NCBI RefSeq assembly: GCF_018977255.1
Contig: NW_024704744.1
Span: 79,732,001-79,796,000 of the forward strand
Direction of reading: 5' to 3'
Length of the DNA: 64,000 nucleotides
From: Callorhinchus milii
Taxonomy: Eukaryota
The translations under genes were made by a program, and so were the position numbers. A model generated the notes under the pieces. That model was not told where the DNA came from. It saw only the letters and a list, made by a program, of their open reading frames with translations, and did no database searches. This document shows, in pieces, positions 53,477 to 64,000 of the stretch. Positions within the stretch are counted from its first letter, which is position 1; each line of letters starts with the position of its first letter.

Positions 53477-55060
53477 TGAGTGGTAAAAATAGAAACATTA
53501 AACAGCAAAAAATGAAAAAAACACTTGATCCATCAAGTCCATTATCTTTGGACAATTTTGCACAATTTGCTTTAATATAGACACAACTAAACCCAGTTAA
53601 TTTCCTGAAGAAAGGTTGTGCAAAGTAGATCAACCAAAACTTGAGAATATTTCTTTAACTTTATATCCTGTATAACTGTGCCTTTACTTTCCTTGGCATG
53701 ACATTTATTTTTATAGTTCAAGCTGCTCAAGAAATATGTTCCTTGGAACATTTGAGCACAGCTTTTCATTAGCTCTATCTATCATTATCCTCCAACTAAC
53801 CAGATATTCATTTCAGCTATTTTTAAAAGTTGTTGATTAAAATAGCTGCTCTAGCTCAGAATCAATTCCATACTTACAATGTAGAAGAAAACACTTTTTG
53901 TTCAATTTGTACTGTTGTCTTCTGATTCTATGCTTAGAACCCTAAAACAAGGAATTAGTTTGTATTTACATTGTCCTTTGCCGAAAGTATTGTAAAGATT
54001 TGGATCACCTCTTGATTTTTTTTTAAAAAGAACATTAAGATCAATTTTGTAAGCAATTTTTTTTCACAATTTAGAGCCCACCTTGCCATTTTCCTGAATC
54101 ATTTCCAATGCATTAATGGCCTTTTGAAGTAAAGTGGCTAGAATTCCAAGTGTAATGTCACAGATCATCTTCACAGTAAATAATCACATCTTTTTTCTTT
54201 TCTGCCTTTGGTATTGCCTAAGACATTCCTTTATCACATACATGTTTTATTTATCCTGTCATAGCATGTGTATCCTTCTATTTGTATACATTAAAATTCA
54301 TCAGTGGCCCCAAGTTTACGAACCATTAAATGATGGTTATATCTGTGTAACATTGCAGATACTTTAATCATCATTATTATTATAGAATTCATGCAAAATA
54401 GTTGAAGGATGTCAATAATTTCATGATTATTAATAAATACCTTTTCTTAAATGGTGACACATTGATCAAATCACTGTCTAAATTATTAACAGAGGATTAT
54501 ATCTATACAAATTAGATATGTAAATGTTCTTTTGAATTTGCATTATGGGATCTAATTTGTGGGATATCATAATTAGGAAATAGACATAGGATGCAAGTTA
54601 TGCAGAAGCAGTTCCTGCAAGTTGAAAAGATATACTTCTGGTCATCAGATAAAGCTCCCATTGTATATTTATTAAGAATTCTTATTAACAAATAAAACCA
54701 CAAATAAAAAACACACAAATTAAACTGCATTTTATGGTGATAAATGAACACCTAGAATAAGCTTTTTTCTCATCAGATGCGATGAGGTTTGGTGAGCCAA
54801 ATGGTTTTTCTCATCTCTGACTTCTTTTCTTCTAACAAAGAATTTGCCCTAAAGTTACAGCAGATAAATTATTCAGTGTACTCTTTACTTAAAGTTGTTC
54901 CAATTTCGAGACAGTAATGTAGTTCAATGGTTTAATTATATTCTGATTTAAATATTTTATTTCACTTAGGCATTTATTCTAAGCAGTATTTATTTTGAAT
55001 TATCATTTCTTTCAAATTCCTTTTAAGTTCTAAATTGCTCTTTCTTCTTCCCTTCAATAG

Positions 55061-55226
55061 CTGTTTAAAAATGTTTGTGAACGAGGCCAGTGGACTGAGA
55101 GAATCTTGTCTGCTTATTTTGCGTATAAGGAGAACAATATAGATTCTGCATTTCTTCAATATATGTTCCTAGCTGAACAAGGATATGAAATGGCTCAGAG
55201 CAATACAGCTTACCTTCTGGAATATG
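55061..55226 (+). CDS. SEL1L2: SEL1L2 exon 16 (LFKNVCERGQWTERILSAYFAYK...AEQGYEMAQSNTAYLLEY)
   Basis: LFKNVCERG.W and AEQGYE.AQSN family motifs, donor GTAGCT. Confidence 0.95.
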
Positions 55227-55314
55227 GTAGCTTTCAAAACTAAACTGGATCTTTTGAAGGATTTTATTTGCAAAAAAAATTGTTATTCAATTTTCTAAAT
55301 ATCCTTTATAACAG

Positions 55315-55389
55315 AACAACCTACACTAGTTGCAAAGACTGATTGCTACCCAATGGCTCTGATATACTGGAACCGAGCTGCAGTTCAAG
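55315..55389 (+). CDS. SEL1L2: SEL1L2 exon 17 (EQPTLVAKTDCYPMALIYWNRAAVQ)
   Basis: YPMAL..WNRAA.Q motif, canonical sites. Confidence 0.95.
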
Positions 55390-55909
55390 GTACAGTTGTC
55401 TGTATAAAATACATAGCAAAGGCAGTCTAATTAGTCTACCTTCTAGCACCTAAAAACTACCCCAAGCTTGACTGATTTGTAAGCCAGTTTGTGGTTTTAT
55501 ACATAAGATCTACATGAAATACTTGTTTATGGAAAATAAACTACTGAGTTGCATAAAACATAACTACTGAATTGCATAGATGATCATGCTACAAATGCTT
55601 TTTTTCCATGTACCAGATTCTTGACTTGTATCTTGTTTTATATTTTATTGGCATATTGTTTAAAGTAGTATTTAGTACTTTTGGGGGTTTGCTTATCAGT
55701 CTGCATCTGGAGAGACACTATTTTGATTTTAATATATATAGTCCTATACAATAGTAGTTTCAGCCACCGATGGTAAGGTGGAGGGGCGAAATAGGGTGAG
55801 GGCCTTGTATTGTTTTGCCCTTATGTCTCTGGAAGTCCCACTGCTTCACTCTCTATGTATGGGGTCAAATTTCTATGCAGTACATTACAAATGTTTCGGA
55901 ATTTGGATA

Positions 55910-56340
55910 TAATAATAATAATCCTTGCATTTGATATAGCGCCTTTCACATTGTTGACACATCTCAAAGAGCTTCACAGGATATACTGTACTGTGGAGTG
56001 ACTGTATACTTTGTGGGCGTAACACAGGAGCCAGTTTGCATACAGTAATATCCCACAAATAGTCATGGAATGAGTCACCAATTTTATTTAGGGGATTTGG
56101 TGGGCAGGAAACCAGGAGAAACTCCCTTTTTGAATAGTGCTATTGGATGTTTAACATCCGCCTGTTAAACATATATATCGTCCATAAAATATAGTCAATT
56201 TCACTTTACAGTATATTCTGTGAAACGTTTTTAGACATCTCAAAGATGTGATAAGGCGCTATATCATATGCAAGGAGTATTTATTATTATTACCTGAAGA
56301 GGCAGATGGGATCTTAGTTTAACATCTCATCAAAAGGATG
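55910..56340 (-). mobile_element. DeuSINE-like element with a nested opposite-strand SINE tail
   Basis: Deu domain split at about 56165-56292 by a plus-strand tail. Confidence 0.7.
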
Positions 56341-56891
56341 GGCTTGTAAAGCTAAAATAGCTTGCAAAGGTTTCAGAGACTCCTTTTCTATAATTCATTA
56401 GTATCTACTTTTCAGTCAACAAATTGGACAAATGATGAAAGTCTCAAAGCACTTCAGTAAGATGATGGAGGTTACTAGGCAGGGAGAAAATCACCCGACT
56501 ATGGTTATGTGCCTTCCTCTATCTCTTTGGATGAGATTTTGGTGGAAGACTACAAATGTGTGTCTTCACCATGTCAACTGAAATCTAGATTGGCCTTCTG
56601 TCTGAGGATGAGAGAAATACAGAACTACAACATGTGTGTTGCCATGGTCAGTTAGAAATATACATTTTCCCCTACCACCTGTCAGTTAAAATGAATAAAA
56701 CGGGAATTCTGTTTCAAGCTGGAGAAATACTATGTCATCTCTGTCCTCTGCATCAGTCTTTACATTACAACCCCATTAGGCACTCCTCTTCTTTCTGTGA
56801 GAAGGACGAGATAGAGTGATAACAAAATCCCCAAATGCTGAGAATAGTTCTGCATGATTGGGGATATAGTCAAGTGTAAGATGGCTACTAA

Positions 56892-57260
<369 letters not shown>

Positions 57261-57755
57261 TGAAAAGCATATGACATAAGAGCAGAACTTCCATGTTGAA
57301 ATGTCATATGTCCAGTGTTCTTATTATGCCATACATCCCTTTGGAAATTGATGTATACTCTATTTGATCCCTATGTTGTATTTTAGTAAAATATTTTATA
57401 TGATGTATATCATTTTATATAATGTACATACTGTGTATGTTTAAAAAATCATCATAATTTGGTCACTCAATCCATGACCGTTTGTGGGACGCCGTTGTGT
57501 GCAATTGGCTGCTGCATTTCACCCACAAAATACACAAGTCAATCCACTTTACAATATATTCTGTGAAGCACTTTGAGACATCTCAATCACTTCTTCAGCC
57601 ACTATATCAAATGCAAGGATCATCATCATCTTGTGTTATATATTTCAAATCAGATTATTTTATTCTAATAATACTGTGGTTTTCAATCATTTATATCCAA
57701 GATATTGTACCTGTTAGCCGAAATTGAACAGTATTTCAAAATTGTATTCCTCTAG

Positions 57756-57884
57756 GATCTTCACTTGGCTAAAAGATTCTATGACTTAGCTGCAGAAACA
57801 AGTACAGATGCCTATATTCCAGTCTTCTTTGCACTTTGCAAGTTAGGAACCATAAATATCATCAATTCTATTCAATCTGCCAAT
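57756..57884 (+). CDS. SEL1L2: SEL1L2 exon 19 (DLHLAKRFYDLAAETSTDAYIPVFFALCKLGTINIINSIQSAN)
   Basis: HLAKRFYD.AA motif of the Hrd3/SEL1L family, canonical sites. Confidence 0.97.
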
Positions 57885-58112
57885 GTAAGTAAAATAAGAA
57901 TGTACAAAGATTTATAAAGCTAGCTCACAAAAAAGCTAGAGGCATGGAATGTAAAGCAGGGATTGTGGCTGTATGGGAATCATGATCAGTTTTGTGCACC
58001 TTCGTAGACAGGATATCCTGACATAAGATGGGAGCATTGGCACGTAGCACAGATTCAAAGATAGAAGGCTATGTCACCTCCTCCCCCGGCTCAGGTTCCG
58101 TCTCCATCCAGT

Positions 58113-58427
58113 GGAGGCCTGTAGCTCAGTGGTTAGAGCACTCGCCTCGCAAGCGAGAGACCTGGGTTTAATTCCCGGCAGGGCGAAACCTCGGGCAAGT
58201 TTTCTTACTCCACACGCCTGATAATAATCCCTTAAGAACAAAAAAAGCAATAATTTGGTCACTCAATCGATGGCTGTTTGTGGGACACCTATGTGCACAA
58301 TTGGCTGCTGTGTTTTGCCCACAAAATATACAGTCAATTCACTTTACAGTATATTCTGTGAAGCACTTTGAGACGTCTTGAAGACGTGATAAGGCCCTAT
58401 ATCAAATGTAAAGATTAATATTATTAT
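58113..58427 (+). mobile_element. tRNA-Ala-derived SINE (short form)
   Basis: GTAGCTCAGTGGTTAGAGCA head, CTCGC-CTCGCAA-GCGAG arm, tail. Confidence 0.92.
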
Positions 58428-59020
58428 CTCTATATCATTTTGAGATATTATTCTATACAAATACTGCACTTCTTCCTGAAAATTCTTCACACAAATAGCT
58501 TCTTTGCTGATTTTGCCATTTTTAATGTCCAAAGGGACAGTGTCGATCATGTAACACCATTAACATATTGATGTTAGAAACCCTTTTCAGAACAATGCAG
58601 TTGCGGAGGAAAACCTGGATGACTCACTCCACTCAGCTTCTTTAAAGTGCTCCTCCAAAACATTACCCTAAATTGAGGGTACAATATAAATTCAAGTTTT
58701 TGTTGTAGACAGGAGGCTGTGCCAGTAGCTGATTCGGAACTTGCTTTTCTCCCCACTTAATCACCTCCAAGGTTCTCAGAGACCAGCAGTCTGTTATTGC
58801 ACGAAGCTCAGCTCCACCAAATCCTAACCAGGAGCCTGATGCCTTCTCCCAGAATGGCTGCTCACTGTCTTTGCAAGCCCTGCTCTATGATGTATGCTCC
58901 TGGACACGAGAGCAATAAAAATTTGCTGCAAATGAGAGCAAAATGGAAAAGCCATTAATTTTACTATTAGTATTAGATTGATTGTCTATTTATTTTTAAT
59001 TCAACTTTTCATTCTTACAG

Positions 59021-59140
59021 CTCAGTGAAGTGTGGAATCAAATAAACCTGGACAGGGTACTCTGGCCTCATTGGGATTTGTATCTAATAATGATTTTAAT
59101 TCTACTTCTGGGGTTACTGAGGGCACACAGACACGGCTAG
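59021..59140 (+). CDS. SEL1L2: SEL1L2 exon 20, TM helix and stop (LSEVWNQINLDRVLWPHWDLYLIMILILLLGLLRAHRHG*)
   Basis: PHWDL plus hydrophobic TM. The short tail ending RHG resembles recalled human SEL1L2 (LLRNHHG*), unlike the Pro-rich SEL1L tail. Confidence 0.93.
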   Translation, partial: LSEVWNQINLDRVLWPHWDLYLIMILILLLGLLRAHRHG

Positions 59141-61417
59141 ATGGAGAACGCTTGAGTTATATCCTCCATCCTAGTCAGCAGAATGGATTAACATCTTGGA
59201 TTTAAGGTGACCAAGGAATAAGTGTAGCAAGTATTGCTTTGTAAAGTTACCTTCTCCATAAGAACCTTCAAATGACTGCTGTACTGAACTGAAACTCAAG
59301 CTTCAAAATACCATGATATTAAATACATCAAAATCTGCATTATTTGTAACTGTTTCCTTGATTGCTCTTTCTATAACTTGTGACATTACTAAAAAAAAGT
59401 ATTTGCTATGCTTACATGGAATGCAATTATCAGGCTTAATTGATGTTACTTCCTGCTTAGCAATCATAGTGGTTACTTTTCTAATACAACAGCAACAAAT
59501 TGCATTTATATAGCGCCTTTCACATTGGGAGGATGTCCCAAGGCCCTGGACGATGAGGGGTTCGCACCCAAGCTGTGGGTTGGGATCAGAGAGAGGACAT
59601 GGAGCAGGCTAGTGACCCTACACAGCGGAGAGAGTTCGACAGGTTGGTGAAGTTTAATAGGTCGCAGAGGTAGGGAGCCTCTATTCTGAAACTATTCCTG
59701 AAAAATTTCTCTCATTAATTGTAGCATTAAAACAGTAATGCAGTGATCAGTAAACTTAAATTTAAAATATTTAAAAATTAAGCCTGTGATTTTGTTTATA
59801 CTCTAAACATAGGATGAAAAATGTTATGTAATATTCAAGAAGATTTAGCTGAATCTCATGCAACAAAGCAGAACTTCATTCCCAGGTAAGATTCCTCCCT
59901 ATTGCCCAAGCTGGAATGGTTCACTGGTTCATTTATTTGTTCTACAAGCTATTATATTTTGCATAGTTAGTATTGATGATTCTGTTCTTAGGTGCCCAAA
60001 CTGGAAATATATTCAATTTTCCAACACTGATATTTTTCCCACCTCAAACGTAAGCAATCATAACATCAAAAGTGCACGAGGGCTGTGAAAAGAAAGTCTA
60101 ATGAATATAGAAATATATTATTAAATCTGCTTTAATCGATAATCCTGCAATTCAAAGAGGCCATCTGGGTAAGGATGAAGGCACCTTATATTGACGGGTA
60201 AGAATGAAATTTCGCACAAGTCAAGGCTTCAGGTAACCTCGGGAGTAATGGAGGGCAGGGAGAGTTAGGAGGTGAGTAATACAAGTTGTGTAAAGAAATC
60301 TCAGTGGTTTTGATAGGAAACTGAAATGGAGCTCAGTTGAATGTAAGATTTAGGCGTTTAAACAATTTATACAAAGACTTATGCAAGTTTTACTGGATTT
60401 GATTAATTAACAGCTTCATGTTGACAAGAACCTTTCAATTAATTATTAGGAATAACCAAAAAAAAACCCTCTCTACTTCGCTAATTGGCACATTTCATTG
60501 TGCACTATTTCCTGAACCAATATGCATTTATCTCATTAAAATCCATCTGTCATTCTTTAGCACCTGTTTAGGTTTAGATTTTTGAATCATTTTATTACCC
60601 ATCTCACCACAAATTGCAATGTATTACAGCTAAGCTGTCTAATTGTTGCTAATCATTAAAGACTTAATGAGAATGATCAATTGATTTAACCAATTAGTTT
60701 CCAAGTTAAAAGTATTGATGTGCTTTGGCTCTATTCAATATTGTTCTCCAATTACCTTATGAATATAATTCCAGAACTAAAGAAGACTGGTAATTGAAAC
60801 ACCTCTATGGGAAGCAAAGGGTTTCCTTTCTATTCATTTCTAATCAATCAAATGCATAAGAAATAATTAGGGCATATGATTATTCCTTTGAAAGATGTTG
60901 TCTCATTCATTGGTTTCTATTATACTCTTGCAATTGAAAAGGAATCTGGCAAATTCAAGACTCTTTAAAATCCTTACAAGACACCGGTATAAGAAATCAA
61001 AAGTGTGACCGTTTTTGATTGCATTTGTTCCTAACAGGGTGTTGCACCTATAGAAAGGTAGGATACTGGATCACAATTATGATTCTGCACATAGCAAGTT
61101 TGTTTCCTAATCTCAGCTGTGCCATCAAGGAAACGTTGCAACTGAAATCCAGCCACAAGAATGAAAAATCAGAGAGCGATTCACTCTCTTCCATACTCCA
61201 TAGCGTGCTCCCCTAAGAGAAATATTGGCAGATCATCTGCCTGTCGCCTTGGCCAAGGAACAGTGCCTCTTCCAGCTAGGAAATAAAATATTTAAGTAGT
61301 GGAGACATAGAATAAACAAAAGTTTAATTTGAAACAGAGCTCCAACCACAATCACATTATAAAGTTTTCCATTTATACAATCCATAAATTTGTCAGTCTC
61401 AATTTAAACATTTTATT

Positions 61418-61510
61418 TCAACTTTTATTCTTTTTTGTTGATATAAGTTCATTCATTTTCCCCAGATGGTCAAATGATAATGCAGCAGAACCTCTCTGTG
61501 CTGGTTTAGG
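61418..61510 (-). CDS. NDUFAF5: NDUFAF5 last coding exon (PKPAQRGSAALSFDHLGKMNELISTKKNKS*)
   Basis: PA.RGSA..SF..LGK motif, acceptor ttcctttcag, TGA followed directly by AATAAA. Confidence 0.93.
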   Translation of the reverse strand, partial: PKPAQRGSAALSFDHLGKMNELISTKKNKS

Positions 61511-62794
61511 CTGAAAGGAAGCAGAAATAACATGAATACAACAGTAGCGATTAGTGAGTGATGTAGAAACTAAAATGTCCCTGAAACCAGTCTTACTTGA
61601 GCATATACAATTCACAGTAAATGTGCACATTCTGTTTCATTAAGATACAATTAAGGGTTAACTTGAAAACAATCATATTTTTAAATATATGTAACAATTA
61701 CAGATATTTCTAATTATTTCCTCACACCACCAATGGAATTTGTTTTTAAAATTAGTTGGACAATGAGTTGAGAATCCAAGCCATCTGTTATTCCACACGC
61801 ATCTGCGTGTGTTTAATATAAGAGTTTGCTCTGTGGTTTTCTATCTCTCCTTTGAAGTTTGTATCATGCAACAAGTCAAAAAGATGAAAGCAATGGATCA
61901 GCATTGGGCAATATTACAAAGAATGAGTAGGATAATTAATGTCATTGGCTAGTTACGAAATTGTGAATAGCAAGAATTTTCAGTTTTTGTCAATAAGTGG
62001 GTACTTTTTCAATTAGGAGAAACTTGAAGGATGGTTTGTACTTAACTCCATGTGTAGCTAAACTGCACAAATATGAGCACCAATTCAGATTAATTTAAAC
62101 TAGTTTTGGAGATGGTGGGGAAAGGCTTTGTTCAATAAGAATGATTTAGGCCCATTGATGCTACGAGTTGTGAAAGGTTGAAGATTACATGTACTTTATG
62201 TATGTAATACATAGAATATTATTTAAATATTTATAATATATTTTAGTGTATCCTACATGGGAAGTCACTGGCTTTCTGCATGCAAGTGATGCTACAATGC
62301 AAAAGTACTGACAGATAATCACACCCAGATATAAGGCGGGTTGGGATTTTACGAAACCCAGCTACCATGTTAATGGTACCATGTCACTGCACATTTAAAT
62401 TCCACAAAATTAATTTAAATCAAAACAAAAGTAAGACCATTCAAAGTTGTTTTTAAAACAAAGGCAATAGAGGTCAAATTAACTACCAGCACGAGGTAAT
62501 AGTGAACTTTTGATGAGTGGATTCAGGATTTTTTCCATTATTTTTTGTACTCTGGCATTACTTGTTATCCATTTTTGAACTGAACGGGGGGGTGGGGGGA
62601 GAGTGGTAAGAGATCCAAATTGCCCACTTAAGTTACCTGGGAATTTGAAAAAGTAACTCGTAGAGCTGATGGGAGTCTGGAGTCTGTGCAGATACCACTC
62701 TGCCTTTTAACAAAAGATGGTGTATATAAAGAAAAAAACAAAAAAAAAGTTTTCTGGTAATCTGTGAATCAACATTTCATTTTAATTGTCTTAC

Positions 62795-62877
62795 CTGCGA
62801 TTCGTGGGGTTTCCAACCAATCATATAGAAAATTTGAAATGTTGCTGGCACAGATCCATCGTCACTCCCATACATCT
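62795..62877 (-). CDS. NDUFAF5: NDUFAF5 penultimate exon ([28 protein letters not shown])
   Basis: Matches the family motif GSVPAT.QI.YMIGWK.HESQ, donor GTAAGA. Confidence 0.95.
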
Positions 62878-63889
62878 CTTTCAAAAGAAGAGGTTAAAAG
62901 CAATGTGTTCTATAACTTGCAAAAATAATCAATCCAAATCTATCCAATATTAGTTTAGATGCTGTCAGTAAATAATTAAAACAATTCTTCATTAGCGCTA
63001 GAAGCAAAAATGAGCTACCATATTGATCTTTATATTCTAAGATTAGTGGTGGCAATTATCTATTCCAAACCAACTTTCATGGGTCTTGCATTGTATTTTT
63101 TAATCTCGGCCTTCCAGTTTCATTCATACATCTATATGTTAACTATAATAATAATAATAATCCTTCCATTTGGTATAATGCTTTTCACGTCGGGAGGACA
63201 TTCCAAAGCGCATCACAGGATTTACCCTGAGTTTGAATGATTGTGTATTTGTAGGCAAATGCAGCAGCCCAATTGCATACATTAATGCCTCACAAACAGC
63301 CAAGTTATCAAACAAGCTCATAGAAATCCACAAGACATGAAAACTCCTCAGACGTCAAACTGATTTCCAGCCCATAACTGATTAGAATAGCCCATAATTA
63401 ATACATTGCTAATTAAGCTCATGAGTTCCTATGGATAAGCACTGCTAGCAAAAATCTGGTGTGTGAAAATATTCAATGAGAATAGTCCTACATGAGCTGG
63501 CAAAATAAATTATATTTCAATGTACTGTGTATCAGTGGTAAGAAATAAGTTGCAATCAAGATTCTCACCCTTCCCTTTAACTGTGAATTACCAATCACAG
63601 TTAGGAAGGGATCAATTGTTTCCCTACAGGGAAGAGAAGGTCATCTTCCTAGTTATTCATAAAGTAATGCAACCTGCTACAAGGTTTCATGCCAATCCTC
63701 TTAACTGAAGATGCTGGCACAGGGAAGAATAGATGCACTGTAAAAATGTGCTGAACTTTAAAGTAAGCACAAGGAGGGGAGTTTATCAACATGCTATAAA
63801 ATACTGTATACCATTTATCATCTGTCAATTTTAATTCAGATCAGTCAAATTTCACAACCAATCTAATCTCTATACCAGCAAAAACTCAC

Positions 63890-63973
63890 CTTTGTAGATT
63901 GCAGCAGCTGCCAGCATTGTGTCTCTATGCAACAAGGGTTTTCTAGTCCACGCACAATTGCTCTCTCCCATAC
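63890..63973 (-). CDS. NDUFAF5: NDUFAF5 third-last exon ([28 protein letters not shown])
   Basis: Near-identical to the recalled NDUFAF5 segment [27 protein letters not shown], donor GTGAGT. Confidence 0.95.
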
Positions 63974-64000
63974 CTTCACATTCACAAAAGAAAATACAAA

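Noticed and set aside
57268-57310. 10-bp inverted repeat CATATGACAT...ATGTCATATG
   Set aside because: Short, AT-rich and without context, so compatible with chance.
58113-58190. tRNA-Ala-like genes (also at 46424, 29340, 21940, 18120)
   Set aside because: These are SINE heads: each continues into the same body and L2-type tail, and the acceptor stems and anticodons vary.
61213-61275. Alternative terminal NDUFAF5 exon (LEEALFLGQGDRQMICQYFS*) after a good acceptor
   Set aside because: No similarity to the family C-terminus, and it lies beyond the poly(A) signals of the canonical last exon.

Overview
Vertebrate genomic DNA, most likely from a cartilaginous fish. The L2-dominated repeats, DeuSINEs and shark-type CR1/Penelope ends suggest a holocephalan, but the species is an inference. 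Three intron-containing genes lie in the order known from human chr20p12. (1) The 5' part of MACROD2 on the minus strand: five phase-1 coding exons between 26144 and 9406, then a long intron running off the left end. (2) A complete 20-exon SEL1L2 on the plus strand (27552-59140). Its spliced CDS is 2100 nt (699 aa plus stop), with a signal peptide, SEL1-like repeats and a C-terminal TM helix, but no FN2 exon. It is head-to-head with MACROD2 across a CpG island. (3) The last three exons of NDUFAF5 on the minus strand (63973-61418), tail-to-tail with SEL1L2. Introns contain L2 LINEs of two tail types, a tRNA-Ala-headed SINE in long and short forms, DeuSINEs, CR1 ends, a Penelope-type hairpin with a hammerhead core, and fragments of an older CCHC-type LINE. 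Main highlights: an apparent tandem duplication of the first macrodomain exon of MACROD2 that has diverged into a hydrophilic linker, a 1.15-kb G-tract array in MACROD2 intron 1, and an RFX X-box/CCAAT promoter for SEL1L2. I found no wholly new multi-gene system. Exon boundaries were read by eye, and orthologue comparisons are from memory, not from a search.
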